From a virus (Duplodnaviria; Caudoviricetes): a stretch of 45,871 nucleotides of DNA. Under the pieces are notes generated by a model that saw only the letters and a program-made list of their open reading frames with translations, ran no database searches and was not told the origin of the DNA. The position numbers and the translations under genes were made by a program. The stretch is from IMG/VR virus record IMGVR_UViG_3300044759_000050, positions 1 to 45,871 of that record; one strand, given 5' to 3'. This document shows, in pieces, positions 35,933 through 45,273 of the stretch (the first letter of the stretch is position 1; the number at the start of each line of letters is the position of its first letter).

Positions 35933-36870
35933 TACAGTGCTCCATAGTCAACTGTCTTGTAACCCATCCGCTTGCCCACAGCTGTGGGCAAGACGGCCTC
36001 GACGTCGCTCGCAAACACGCCAATCCTTCGCTCACCATCGATCGTGAACTCATAGATGGGGATCCCAAGCCTGTGATGCATCGAGATCGGGATGGCATCA
36101 CTCTTCAGACGCTCATCGCTGAACAGGAAGGCCGCCCCAGCGGGCGAGCCAAATATGGAGCCAGCCGCCCCGACGCCTGCTCCGATGATGCTAGCCAGAT
36201 TATTACCCCTTGATGCGCTGGCTTGGAACTGCATCTGACGCTGCTGAATGTAGGGCGCCTGCGCCTGACCATAGCCCTGGGCATTCTGACCGAACGCTCC
36301 AGCCAGCGTAAGCGGATCGCCCATCGAGCTTTGACGCAGAATGTCTTGCGCTGAGCGCTGCGAATAGTCGTTCTGCTGCTGGCGAGTGATGCCAAGTTGC
36401 TCGGACAGCGTAAGCTGTGCGGTCCTAGCCCCCTCGCGTGCGACGTTGGCGCTTTCCTCGAACTTGCCCAACGCCTCAATGCCAGCGCTGCTGGTCTCGT
36501 AGCCTGGCCCCAGCTGTCGACCCAGCCGCTCCCTGAGCGTCTCACCCTGCTCGCCGATGTCACGCTCCAGGCCTGGGGAAACCGGAAGGTTTCCAGCCAA
36601 CGCATCAAGCGAGCGCTGCGTCAGCTGCTTCTCCAGGTCCTTCCGCATGTTGTCCAGCTCAGAAGGCGTCTTCTTGATGCTGGTAATGTTGCCATTTTCA
36701 TCCGTCTCGACCTCAAAACCCTCTTGTTCGGCGAGGAATGGAATCAAGATGGCTTGCTGCTGTCGCTGCTGCTGCAAGATCTCGGTTTGCAGGCGCAGCT
36801 GCTCGGCTTGCTGCCGCTGAAGGTCGCGCTCCTCAGCAGTCGGCTTAGGTACCTTAGGTCCACCGCCCAT
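35932..36870 (-). CDS. Internal virion protein with C-terminal peptidase S74-like (self-cleaving chaperone) domain
   Basis: Begins MGGGPKVP; Q-rich; ends FSDERLK...IYEF...IGVFASDVE...P.AV...VDYGAL. Confidence 0.75.
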   Translation of the reverse strand: MGGGPKVPKPTAEERDLQRQQAEQLRLQTEILQQQRQQQAILIPFLAEQEGFEVETDENGNITSIKKTPSELDNMRKDLEKQLTQRSLDALAGNLPVSPGLERDIGEQGETLRERLGRQLGPGYETSSAGIEALGKFEESANVAREGARTAQLTLSEQLGITRQQQNDYSQRSAQDILRQSSMGDPLTLAGAFGQNAQGYGQAQAPYIQQRQMQFQASASRGNNLASIIGAGVGAAGSIFGSPAGAAFLFSDERLKSDAIPISMHHRLGIPIYEFTIDGERRIGVFASDVEAVLPTAVGKRMGYKTVDYGAL

Positions 36871-36872
36871 CG

Positions 36873-37283
36873 TTAGGCACTCCTTACAAGCTTGCCAAGC
36901 TTCCACGTGTAGTACAGCCACTGGCCATTCTTAGCGTAAGGCTGCATCTGTGGAAACCACTTCTTAATGCCCTGCGCAATGAAGCTATCAGTCTCGTGTG
37001 CACTGAAGATGATCGACTTCATGCCTAGCGTACCCATGACCTGCTCGTACAGCTCGATCAGCCGGAGCGCCGTAAAGACACGTCGCTTGCCACTACGCAT
37101 AACCATGGGGCCAGCAACAACCATATCAGGGTTTGGCGTGGTGGCAATAAAGCCGACGACTTCGTCACCATCCCAGGCCATTACAGTGGGGAACACCATC
37201 TCCTGATTGGCAAAGCCTTCACGGATCAGCAGCACGCCGATTTCAGCCATGTCCTTGGATGTCTCAGCGATCTTGTAGCGCAT
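36873..37283 (-). CDS. GNAT-fold acetyltransferase-like protein
   Basis: AWDGDEVVGFI...ALRLIE; typical position before podovirus ejection genes. Confidence 0.65.
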   Translation of the reverse strand: MRYKIAETSKDMAEIGVLLIREGFANQEMVFPTVMAWDGDEVVGFIATTPNPDMVVAGPMVMRSGKRRVFTALRLIELYEQVMGTLGMKSIIFSAHETDSFIAQGIKKWFPQMQPYAKNGQWLYYTWKLGKLVRSA

Positions 37284-37292
37284 GGTTCGTCC

Positions 37293-38594
37293 TCATGGGT
37301 TGATGGGCAGAACGAGGGTCGCATACTGACCGGCTACGCCGGACGCTGTCACATTCTGCGCACCTGCTGCGGTATAGTTCAAATTTGCCGATGAGAATCT
37401 GTACGCACCACCAATGTCATTGTCATAAACCTCATGCGCTCCCGTCCATCCAACGACCTGTGTATTGTCTGCGCGGCAGTGGATGCCCACAAGCATTCCG
37501 TTGGCATTAGGGTTGACCGACACGGCCGCTCCAGCCGCGTTGCCCTGCGCGGAGCCTGCGGTTCCAAAGCTCCCGACATCATACAAGATCCATTGCGACA
37601 CCGTCAAGATCGTGCCGTCTGCCCCTGCACCTGACATTACGATGCCAATAAGCTCATTGACATCTACGCTGTCATCGAAGGGGAATGACCAGAATGACAG
37701 CTGGATGTCGGGTGTCGCCCCAGTGTTGACAACCGAGCCCCTGTTTGTGAACGCCACACCATCAGCGTTTACGCTGCTGACTGTTGCGCCACCTTCAACG
37801 ACCAACCCCAAAAGCAACGTTCCCGCGCCTGGCAGCTGAATGTTAAAGTTCACCTGAGCTGATGCGATGGTGAACGGCGTGTCGTTGTAGATGCCGCCCT
37901 TTACTCCAACTCGATCGATCGGGGGAACGATGATTTCAGCTGTGGCCAGAATGTCAGCACCACTAGGCGTAACAGTTGCTGCAAGGAATGAGTTGCCAAC
38001 GAGCACACCTGTATCGGCTGAGCCGATGCGAAATGTGCCCGCATCAGCGTCAACCCGCTCAGTGAACGGTGCCGTCCACGTGAAGGTGGTTGTGTCAAGT
38101 AGAGCTCCCACAACCCCTACGCCAAAGTCACCTTGCAGCTGACCCATTACGGTCGTAAATGCGCCTGCACCGGCCGCCGCCAGCTTATTCCTGAACGCCT
38201 TACGTAGCGGAACCGCATCGTAAAACTCATATACCTCGACCCAACCCTGGGCAGACGTCGCTACAGTGGTGACCATGATAAAGTTCAGCGGGCCTGGCCC
38301 CGGCTGATCGAACCCAACAAGGCACCTGCCAAACCCCAGATTGTCATTCTGAAAGTTAGTTACCAGCCTTCCAATTAGATCGATCTGAAACGGAACAACC
38401 GTTTCATGATAGCACATGAACAACAGCTGCTTGTTTGATGTGGCTGGTCCCAAGTCAGCCGCTGGAATGGTTCCGGTCCCAGTCGTTCCGCCTGAAAACG
38501 TAACAGGATAGCCGCCCACGCGCTTGCTCGTCGCGAACAGCGGCAGCGGAATTTTGCTATTGCCAAATCCTGTCAGCTGATTGATCTTAAGCAT
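37293..38594 (-). CDS. Tail fibre/receptor-binding protein
   Basis: Beta-rich G/A/T/V composition; begins MLKINQLTGFG; in the tail module. Confidence 0.65.
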   Translation of the reverse strand: MLKINQLTGFGNSKIPLPLFATSKRVGGYPVTFSGGTTGTGTIPAADLGPATSNKQLLFMCYHETVVPFQIDLIGRLVTNFQNDNLGFGRCLVGFDQPGPGPLNFIMVTTVATSAQGWVEVYEFYDAVPLRKAFRNKLAAAGAGAFTTVMGQLQGDFGVGVVGALLDTTTFTWTAPFTERVDADAGTFRIGSADTGVLVGNSFLAATVTPSGADILATAEIIVPPIDRVGVKGGIYNDTPFTIASAQVNFNIQLPGAGTLLLGLVVEGGATVSSVNADGVAFTNRGSVVNTGATPDIQLSFWSFPFDDSVDVNELIGIVMSGAGADGTILTVSQWILYDVGSFGTAGSAQGNAAGAAVSVNPNANGMLVGIHCRADNTQVVGWTGAHEVYDNDIGGAYRFSSANLNYTAAGAQNVTASGVAGQYATLVLPINP

Positions 38595-39333
38595 CTGTGT
38601 TAGCGTTGGTTATGTAGTGCATTCTGAGGCCAATCAGGAACGCATCAACCGCCATGGTGTCGCCGCCATCCGTCGTGAGACGCCGAATGATGAAGTTAAC
38701 CAGATCATTCTCTGCTGGCGTATCAGACTCCACGGTTGTTGACTCATTGGATATGTAGAGGTCGTTTGTGGTCCCCCCCGTGTCAACCACTATGTCGCCG
38801 CCGCCATAAGTTGCGCCATCAATTATATCATCATTGCTGTATGACTTGGCAAACATCTGCCAAGCCACGCCAAAGTTTGTGACTGTTGCTGGATGCATCC
38901 AGTATGCCTGGAAGGTAAATGTACCTTCGTCCCAGCTTTTAGGCATTGCAATGGTGAAAGTTGCGTCCTCCGCATTCGTTGGATCAAATGCCAAGTAGTC
39001 AAACTGCGTCGAGCTGGCCGAGAACGATCCAATTGCCGGACCAACCGTACGGATCTTCATCGCCGTCGCAGGGACCCAGAAGGTCTGCTTGCCTGAGCCG
39101 ACAACAGTGTTGGATGAGCTAATAGGCGCAGCACCAAATGTCCTGATAGCGGTGCCACTCGTGCCGTCAAATACGACAGCGTGCCCGTCCACCACTGGCG
39201 GCGTTGCCCCCTCGACCTTGTCGGTGTTCAGGTTCTGTGCATTGCTCACATGGTTGACGTGGTCAAAGTTATAGATCGCCGCCGTCAGAATGGTGCCGTT
39301 CGCCCGCGTGGTGTGGCCATTAATAGTGCTCAT
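38587..39333 (-). CDS. Tail fibre/baseplate-proximal protein
   Basis: Beta-rich; AVVFDGTSG and MPKSWDEGT; in the tail module. Confidence 0.65.
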   Translation of the reverse strand: MSTINGHTTRANGTILTAAIYNFDHVNHVSNAQNLNTDKVEGATPPVVDGHAVVFDGTSGTAIRTFGAAPISSSNTVVGSGKQTFWVPATAMKIRTVGPAIGSFSASSTQFDYLAFDPTNAEDATFTIAMPKSWDEGTFTFQAYWMHPATVTNFGVAWQMFAKSYSNDDIIDGATYGGGDIVVDTGGTTNDLYISNESTTVESDTPAENDLVNFIIRRLTTDGGDTMAVDAFLIGLRMHYITNANTDA

Positions 39334-39680
39334 GGAATGCCCTTCCGCTTCGTATCGACAGCCACAACCTTCGGATGATCACGCAGTTTCCAGTTGAATG
39401 CCTCTAGGAGGTCCAGCATCATGTCATCAATATCAGCGTCATGTAGCGCCAGAAGCGCCGTTTCGTCATTTCTGACCAGCGGTAGACACCTGATGCACAG
39501 CTGCGTCACATGCCAGCTCGGCCCCGGAAAGCGCATTTTCATCTCGGCATAGTTCTTATGATAAACGAACCCCCGAGCGGCCTGGCTAGCAATCATGTCA
39601 CCGCACACCTTGCAGTGAACGGCTATAATTCGTCCTGTCAGGTCACGCCCAATGTAGCGAGGCATTCTCAACTCAGTCAC
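39330..39680 (-). CDS. Hypothetical protein with two CxxC motifs
   Basis: CKVC and CIRC; coupled within the operon. Confidence 0.6.
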   Translation of the reverse strand: MTELRMPRYIGRDLTGRIIAVHCKVCGDMIASQAARGFVYHKNYAEMKMRFPGPSWHVTQLCIRCLPLVRNDETALLALHDADIDDMMLDLLEAFNWKLRDHPKVVAVDTKRKGIP

Positions 39681-41273
39681 TTAGACCTCCCTCAGTCGCT
39701 CGTCCGCGACCTGGAATGCAACACGGATCTCCGCAAGTCGCACCTCCTCGTCAAGGTTCTCATTGCTGATGGACAGCTTCAGCTTGCGGCCCTGGCCCTC
39801 AAGGCGCTTGTTCGTTGTCACGGTGCCAATGGCACTCAGCACATCCGTATCCAGAATGAAGCTGCCCAGCACTGCTCCCGGCGAGCCAATCGTAAAGACG
39901 ATCGGGTCCTGCGTGAAGTTGTCCCAGCTGGGAATGACGGTCAGGCTATAGTTGCTTACGATGTCAGAAACGATCTCGATGTACTGGCCGTTCTTGGTGC
40001 GTGGCGCGAGCTGCGGATCTAAGAAACCAAAGTCGTTCTCGCTCGTGTCCATGGTCATGGAATAGGCTGCGCCGTCCTTATTGCGTGCGTCCTCGTCCAT
40101 CAACCATACAAAGCCCAGATCGTCGCCCAGCGTTGGGCGTTCCACGCCCTGCGAGTCAGGCCGCATCCACAGCGAGCAGCCAGTGTCCCTGCGGCTCAGG
40201 TAATAGCGTGCGCCAACCTGCGGCTCGTTGAAGTCCACCAGGATGCGCAAGTCGTTGTCTGTTCCGCCGCTTAGCGGCACCATGAACCATGCCTTCGACT
40301 TGGCTGGATACCAGGCGCCACGTGCCTGACGCATTGCAGTGAGGTTCAGCGTCGACCTGACAAACGGCCCCAGATCTTGCGGCCGCCCGATGTCGCTTGT
40401 GCTGATGTCACTGAAATCATTGACCGAAGACATCAAGTGGAAGTTGGCTGTGCTGTCGCAGATCAAGATGTCATTGCTGATCTGAACAATGCAGTCATGA
40501 TTGGCAGCGCCAATTGCCCCCGTCAGCCGATCGACGCGCCAGTTAGCGATGGCAGCATCTCTCGTATCGACCAGATAAATACCCTTCGGGTATTTGAACA
40601 GAATAAGCAATCCGCGGAAACTGATCCCGCCGACGAGCTGTTCACCCTCGCCTGGATAGATGTTAAGCGTTCCACTTCCGGAGCCGGTGAAGTCCTGGTG
40701 ATTTAAGGGGTTACTGTAATATATGCGGTGAGGTTGGCTAGCGTTTCCACCAGCCCACACTCTGTTTACATGCTGCACGCCAAAGATGGGGAAGCTCACA
40801 GTCCAGTCAGCGGCAGGTGTGCTGATGTCAGCAGCCGTTCCGGCTGTGCCTAGCACAACCTGCACCTGGTCTGACTCTTGGAACATGAACAGCTTGCGGA
40901 CGCTGCCAGCATCCTCGCCGCCCGCCCGGCAAAAGCTGGCTGGGTACACCACAGGTGGAACGATCGTAGTCAGCAGCGTTGGAAACGTGCCAGCGCCTGT
41001 GTCCTTCCGCATCTGGCCATTGCTCAACAGCACGATGTCGTCATTGCTCGCAGGCGCAGGGCTCCAGTTGATGCCAGCAATGATCTTGCTGGGCGCCCCC
41101 AGCGCTATAGCGTTGAGCTTTTCTGCACCGCCATCCTTGATCAACACGCCGCCGTCGATGTCCACGCCCTCGACAGCACTGAAGTGCCCCGGGCCGAGCC
41201 TCGACGCGTTCTTCGAGCCGTTGAAGCCTTGAAGACCGATCGGCAGTGTGGCGATGTTGCCTCTATAGGCCAT
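39681..41273 (-). CDS. Tail nozzle/tubular protein (P22 gp10/T7 gp12-like)
   Basis: 530 aa; beta-propeller-like segments (NRVWAG, RIYYS); follows the adaptor. Confidence 0.7.
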   Translation of the reverse strand: MAYRGNIATLPIGLQGFNGSKNASRLGPGHFSAVEGVDIDGGVLIKDGGAEKLNAIALGAPSKIIAGINWSPAPASNDDIVLLSNGQMRKDTGAGTFPTLLTTIVPPVVYPASFCRAGGEDAGSVRKLFMFQESDQVQVVLGTAGTAADISTPAADWTVSFPIFGVQHVNRVWAGGNASQPHRIYYSNPLNHQDFTGSGSGTLNIYPGEGEQLVGGISFRGLLILFKYPKGIYLVDTRDAAIANWRVDRLTGAIGAANHDCIVQISNDILICDSTANFHLMSSVNDFSDISTSDIGRPQDLGPFVRSTLNLTAMRQARGAWYPAKSKAWFMVPLSGGTDNDLRILVDFNEPQVGARYYLSRRDTGCSLWMRPDSQGVERPTLGDDLGFVWLMDEDARNKDGAAYSMTMDTSENDFGFLDPQLAPRTKNGQYIEIVSDIVSNYSLTVIPSWDNFTQDPIVFTIGSPGAVLGSFILDTDVLSAIGTVTTNKRLEGQGRKLKLSISNENLDEEVRLAEIRVAFQVADERLREV

Positions 41274-41290
41274 ACGCGTTCATCCTATGA

Positions 41291-41307
41291 TGATCAAAAT
41301 TTGATCA
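41291..41307. repeat. 17-bp palindrome, copy 6
   Basis: TGATCAAAATTTGATCA in the 40-bp gap between adaptor and nozzle genes. Confidence 0.95.
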
Positions 41308-41313
41308 CATCCC

Positions 41314-42261
41314 TTAACCAATAATCAAGCCACTTTCGGTCCGCAGCGGCCCACGCCGTGAGTGACCAATGTCCCCCCTCGGAAATATGTGTCCAGCGTC
41401 GCTGTCCATTTTGGGGATCCTGCGACGATTCTCCTTCAACATGCCGGCCAAGCCTGTGCGAGCCGCCAGAGCAACTGCGTTGCTGCGATCATCGTTCTTG
41501 TCCAGCAGCAGGTACGTCAGAGCCATGTCTGCCAGCAGGTGCCGCCACTGCAGCGGCACTAGCGGAATGCTCAGCACATCATCGGTCAGGTCAGCCACAG
41601 TCGGCCTAAAGCGGTAGTCAATCCTCATGGAGACGCCATCAGTTCGCCCGCCATGACTGAAGCGCACAAGCTGCTCATTCTCCAGAGCAAACGCTCGTGG
41701 GATGCCCGTTGTCAGTTCGGGCAGCGGAAACAGCACATCCATGCGCTCCGGGCTCAGACCGATGATCTTGGGGTTTTGCCTGTAGCCGATCATCGGGCTG
41801 ATGATGCTTGCAACATTCGCAGCCAGCGGATACTCGACCTTCATAAGGCGGTACGCACTGGCTGCGCCAGTGGGGCCTGTGTACGGAGCATCCAGCGTGG
41901 CTGCCATCGCTCCAGCGATGTGCGTATCAACCTTGAAGATCTCTGGATGATTTTCGACACGTAGGCGATAGCCCACGACGCTCGGCACCGGAGGCACGCT
42001 GAACGTCACATTCACATCGTCTTGCGTGACAGCCACGGCCCCAGCCGTGGTGACCGGCAGCAGCGTCAGCACATCATCACTGCGCAGCCACCACCAATCT
42101 TCGACGTACTCAGGCAAGAATTCGCTGGCACCCGCACAGAGCGTGCGGTAAACACGGTTGATGTAGTCAATGACCTTTGCATCCCAGCCCGAGGCCGTCT
42201 GGCCCTCGCTGCCACGAAACAATACGTCGTTCTTGATCTCAGCGGTGTTTTCGTAGGGCAT
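41314..42261 (-). CDS. Head-tail adaptor protein
   Basis: IDYINRVY...WWWL and P.VPLQWRHLLADMA segments; synteny. Confidence 0.7.
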   Translation of the reverse strand: MPYENTAEIKNDVLFRGSEGQTASGWDAKVIDYINRVYRTLCAGASEFLPEYVEDWWWLRSDDVLTLLPVTTAGAVAVTQDDVNVTFSVPPVPSVVGYRLRVENHPEIFKVDTHIAGAMAATLDAPYTGPTGAASAYRLMKVEYPLAANVASIISPMIGYRQNPKIIGLSPERMDVLFPLPELTTGIPRAFALENEQLVRFSHGGRTDGVSMRIDYRFRPTVADLTDDVLSIPLVPLQWRHLLADMALTYLLLDKNDDRSNAVALAARTGLAGMLKENRRRIPKMDSDAGHIFPRGDIGHSRRGPLRTESGLIIG

Positions 42262-42290
42262 AGGGCGCTCCTTGAGAGCGCCTCAGGCGG

Positions 42291-42500
42291 CTAGTCGCCG
42301 CCGCCCGAGACGCGAATGGATTTACGAACTGGCGCGGTGTCCCTGCGGGCCAGATGGCCCACTGGCAGCTGCGTCTGTGAGCCGCCCCAGCCATTTGAGT
42401 TGCGCTGCTGAACTTTCGCCTCGCGCGTGTAGCCGCTGGCCGGGGTCACATCGTTTTGCAGATCAGGTTCGCTGTTATCAGGCATATCCAAGACCCTCAA
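42291..42500 (-). CDS. Hypothetical protein
   Basis: Fills the gap in the operon. Confidence 0.5.
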   Translation of the reverse strand: MRVLDMPDNSEPDLQNDVTPASGYTREAKVQQRNSNGWGGSQTQLPVGHLARRDTAPVRKSIRVSGGGD

Positions 42501-42822
42501 TAATGACCTTGATGGTTACACCCGCTCCAGCACTGACAACCGGCCTGATAAACCTGACGCTCTCAAACACCATCACGATGTCATCAGTCGTCACAGCCAC
42601 CGGCGTGGTGCCCTCAGTTGTAAGCGCGAACCACGTTGTGCCATCCATACTGCCTTCAAGCGACACCGTTTCAGTGTTAAATGTGCCAGTAGCCTGCATC
42701 ACAATGTTGTTGCGGCTCGCACCCAGTTCAAGCGCCACGCCCGTTTCACCAGCGGCAAGTGCTGCCCACGTACCGCGAACAGCCTTGCCAGAAAGTGCTT
42801 GAGCAACTACAGCTGTAGACAC
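42478..42822 (-). CDS. Small beta-rich virion protein
   Basis: QATGTF...VSLEGSMDGTTWF...RFIRP. Confidence 0.65.
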   Translation of the reverse strand: MSTAVVAQALSGKAVRGTWAALAAGETGVALELGASRNNIVMQATGTFNTETVSLEGSMDGTTWFALTTEGTTPVAVTTDDIVMVFESVRFIRPVVSAGAGVTIKVIIEGLGYA

Positions 42823-42826
42823 AGCA

Positions 42827-43171
42827 TCAGCCCTTCAGTGACGGATCGACCTTGCTAGCCCGTGGCTGCACTTGAGCCCTCGACTCAGCTCTGGACTCAG
42901 ACTTAGCTGGCTCAGCGGCCTCTGGCTCAGATTTGGACCGCTTGATGAAGCCAACCGCTGCCAGCGCCTTGTCGCTCAGCAGCTCCATCTCGGACCAGAC
43001 CCACTCCGGCACTGGATCAACGACGATTCCGTCGTCAGTCCACACAGTGCCACTTCGCAGCAGCACCCTGCCATTGGCTCCACCGATTGCCATGTAGTGA
43101 TTGGTCTGGAACCCCTCACCATCGCCGGTCTCGCCCTTGACAGTTCGATGCGTTTGAAAGTCAAAGCCCAT
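42827..43171 (-). CDS. Hypothetical protein (head module)
   Basis: TAATG coupling. Confidence 0.6.
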   Translation of the reverse strand: MGFDFQTHRTVKGETGDGEGFQTNHYMAIGGANGRVLLRSGTVWTDDGIVVDPVPEWVWSEMELLSDKALAAVGFIKRSKSEPEAAEPAKSESRAESRAQVQPRASKVDPSLKG

Positions 43172-43608
43172 TACACACTCGCAATCAGTTTAGCGTTGTT
43201 GCCAACCGCCTCCCAAGACGGCGTCATGTCGAGGCGGATGATGGCTGTGCCAGCTGTGGTCCCGCCATCAGTCGACACGACAAGCTCCTCACCCGCCGAC
43301 AGCTTCGCGCCATCGAACTTCTTGTAGTAAGTGTTCGGAGCGACTGCGCCGTTAGGAATGGTCAGCGTGCCCAGGATAGTTGACCCCGTGTCTGAGCCGG
43401 GCGTAATACGCTTCCGAATGGTCAGAACTGTGTCCGCCGTATCGAACGTCGTGACGACCTGCGCTGTGATGGCTTTGCACACAACCGGCTGAATGCCAGC
43501 GTAGAACAAACCAACTACAGCGGCTGTGCCGAGAGCAATGTCGGCATCGGTAGCAGCAGCACCCGCGATAGGAGCAACGCTACCATCCTGCTGATGATCG
43601 TAAGACAT
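43171..43608 (-). CDS. Putative capsid decoration protein
   Basis: 145 aa; T/A/G-rich; immediately after the major capsid gene. Confidence 0.55.
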   Translation of the reverse strand: MSYDHQQDGSVAPIAGAAATDADIALGTAAVVGLFYAGIQPVVCKAITAQVVTTFDTADTVLTIRKRITPGSDTGSTILGTLTIPNGAVAPNTYYKKFDGAKLSAGEELVVSTDGGTTAGTAIIRLDMTPSWEAVGNNAKLIASV

Positions 43609-43617
43609 GTTGACCCC

Positions 43618-44562
43618 TTATGTGCTGGAGACGTGCACGACCTTCGCCTCACCAGCGTTGGCGGTGTCCCAGATCAGTGCAAATTCAAGAATGCCGTACC
43701 ACGCAACCGCGCGGCTACGACCAAAATCGCCCGGGATGGCAGCCCTCAGCTCAGGCGTCATCGCCTCAGCGATGGCTACGCCCTCGTCGCCGAACACGAC
43801 GCCTTCGCCCAGCACCGAGCCAGTTCCAATATTGCGAAGGGCGTTGGCATGGTTCGTCTCGATGAACCGCACACCCTCAATCCGGCCAACCTCGCCGTTG
43901 AACTTGGCCTGCGGGTCAGTGTACTTGTGCCATTCCTCCCAGTCGGGATCGCGCTTGATGCCGCGGATACCCCTCGTGCGGAAAATCCCCAGATAGTCAC
44001 CACCTTCCAGCGGGGGCACCTGCAGCGTGTCGAACATATAGTCACGAATTTCCTCCACGTGGAAGATATTCATGTTGCTGGCAGCTGCGCCGCCTGGAGT
44101 GCCATTCGTCGTGATGACGTTGGTCGTAGCCGTCAAGGGCACATATTTGATCAGAGCGGCCCTAAAAGCCACCGCCGCCTTGGTGTCCATAACCAAGCGC
44201 ATTTGCTCCCTGAGCTTCCGCTGGATCGGATTTTCCAGATCGAACTTGCTCAGGTCCTGGCTGAGACTGGTGAACGGAACCGCGCGACCCAGTTCCTTGA
44301 CGGTGATCGACCTGGTGCTCAGCGCGAACTCATCCTCAGGGATGCGCACCTGCTCATCAAGATCGGCACTGACCGGCTCGGTGATGTTTCGCACCCTGGT
44401 CAGGGTGACGGTTTCACCCATCTTCTTGCCGTAGCCTGGCACTGGCTGGATGTGATCCATGAAGACCGAGTTCTCGACCGCGGCCTCCCAGAGCTTCGAG
44501 CTAAGTGCGAAATTCTTGTAAGTGCCCGTCGGGGCATCGAATGCCCATGTGAACTGTGCCAT
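43618..44562 (-). CDS. Major capsid protein (N4-gp56-like family)
   Basis: 314 aa after the scaffold; G..VT..R, GEVGRIEGVRFIET and DFGR...AWY. Confidence 0.85.
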   Translation of the reverse strand: MAQFTWAFDAPTGTYKNFALSSKLWEAAVENSVFMDHIQPVPGYGKKMGETVTLTRVRNITEPVSADLDEQVRIPEDEFALSTRSITVKELGRAVPFTSLSQDLSKFDLENPIQRKLREQMRLVMDTKAAVAFRAALIKYVPLTATTNVITTNGTPGGAAASNMNIFHVEEIRDYMFDTLQVPPLEGGDYLGIFRTRGIRGIKRDPDWEEWHKYTDPQAKFNGEVGRIEGVRFIETNHANALRNIGTGSVLGEGVVFGDEGVAIAEAMTPELRAAIPGDFGRSRAVAWYGILEFALIWDTANAGEAKVVHVSST

Positions 44563-44571
44563 CGCTTTACC

Positions 44572-45273
44572 TTATGCCGCCGAAGCGCCCTTGCGCCGCT
44601 TCTCCCGACGAGCCCTGAGTAGATCGGTCAGGGTCGTTACATTGCTGGGCGTCTGAGCCGCCTGGCGTGGCGCAGGTTGGCTTGCGCCTTCCGCTACAGC
44701 CCGGCTCTGTTTCCGCCCACTGCCTTTTCGGGTGTAACCCAAAATTCGGGTACGCGTCAAGTCCGCCAGTTCGTCAATGGCCTTTTTTACGTCCATTCCG
44801 CCCAGTCGATCCATATTTTTCGTCAGTTCCAGGTCTACAAGGTCCTTGTCGTCCTTCAAGTCGGCGTGCGCTGCGAAGAAGTCAGTCCAGAACTTGGACG
44901 TTCCCTGCTCACGCGTGTATTCCGCCCTGAGCTCTTGTTTGACCTGTTCGCGCGTAAGGCGGAGCGCTTCCTTGGGATCGCTGAACAGCAGCTCGTCAAT
45001 GTCGACCTCGTCCTCGGCAGCTGCCCGAGGCGGTTCAGGCGGCGGAACTGCCCGCTTGATGGTGTTGTTGTCTGCACGCAGGGCGGCGATCTCATCCCTC
45101 ATGGCTTTGATGTAAGCGGGCTCTTCCTCGCGCGGAGGCGGACCGTCGTCGTCAATGCCCTCATCGAAGCCCTCATCCTGGGCGAAGGCATCAGCTTCAT
45201 CAACCAGCTCGTCGCCGTGCTCGGGGAAGCCGCCCATCAGTGACGGGTGAACTGCTTTAGGCCTGCGTGCCAT
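44572..45273 (-). CDS. Capsid scaffolding protein
   Basis: Acidic N-terminus, coiled coil and basic C-terminus, directly before the major capsid gene. Confidence 0.7.
   Translation of the reverse strand: MARRPKAVHPSLMGGFPEHGDELVDEADAFAQDEGFDEGIDDDGPPPREEEPAYIKAMRDEIAALRADNNTIKRAVPPPEPPRAAAEDEVDIDELLFSDPKEALRLTREQVKQELRAEYTREQGTSKFWTDFFAAHADLKDDKDLVDLELTKNMDRLGGMDVKKAIDELADLTRTRILGYTRKGSGRKQSRAVAEGASQPAPRQAAQTPSNVTTLTDLLRARREKRRKGASAA

Noticed and set aside
9138-41307. The palindromes as a CRISPR array or IS ends
   Set aside because: Copies are kilobases apart with no spacers, cas operon, transposase or target duplications
43594-44622. Long antisense ORFs (this one, 1339-2097, 5702-6490, 19209-20000, 35231-35947 and others)
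   Set aside because: Shadow frames of well-supported genes in GC-rich DNA, with no recognisable motifs
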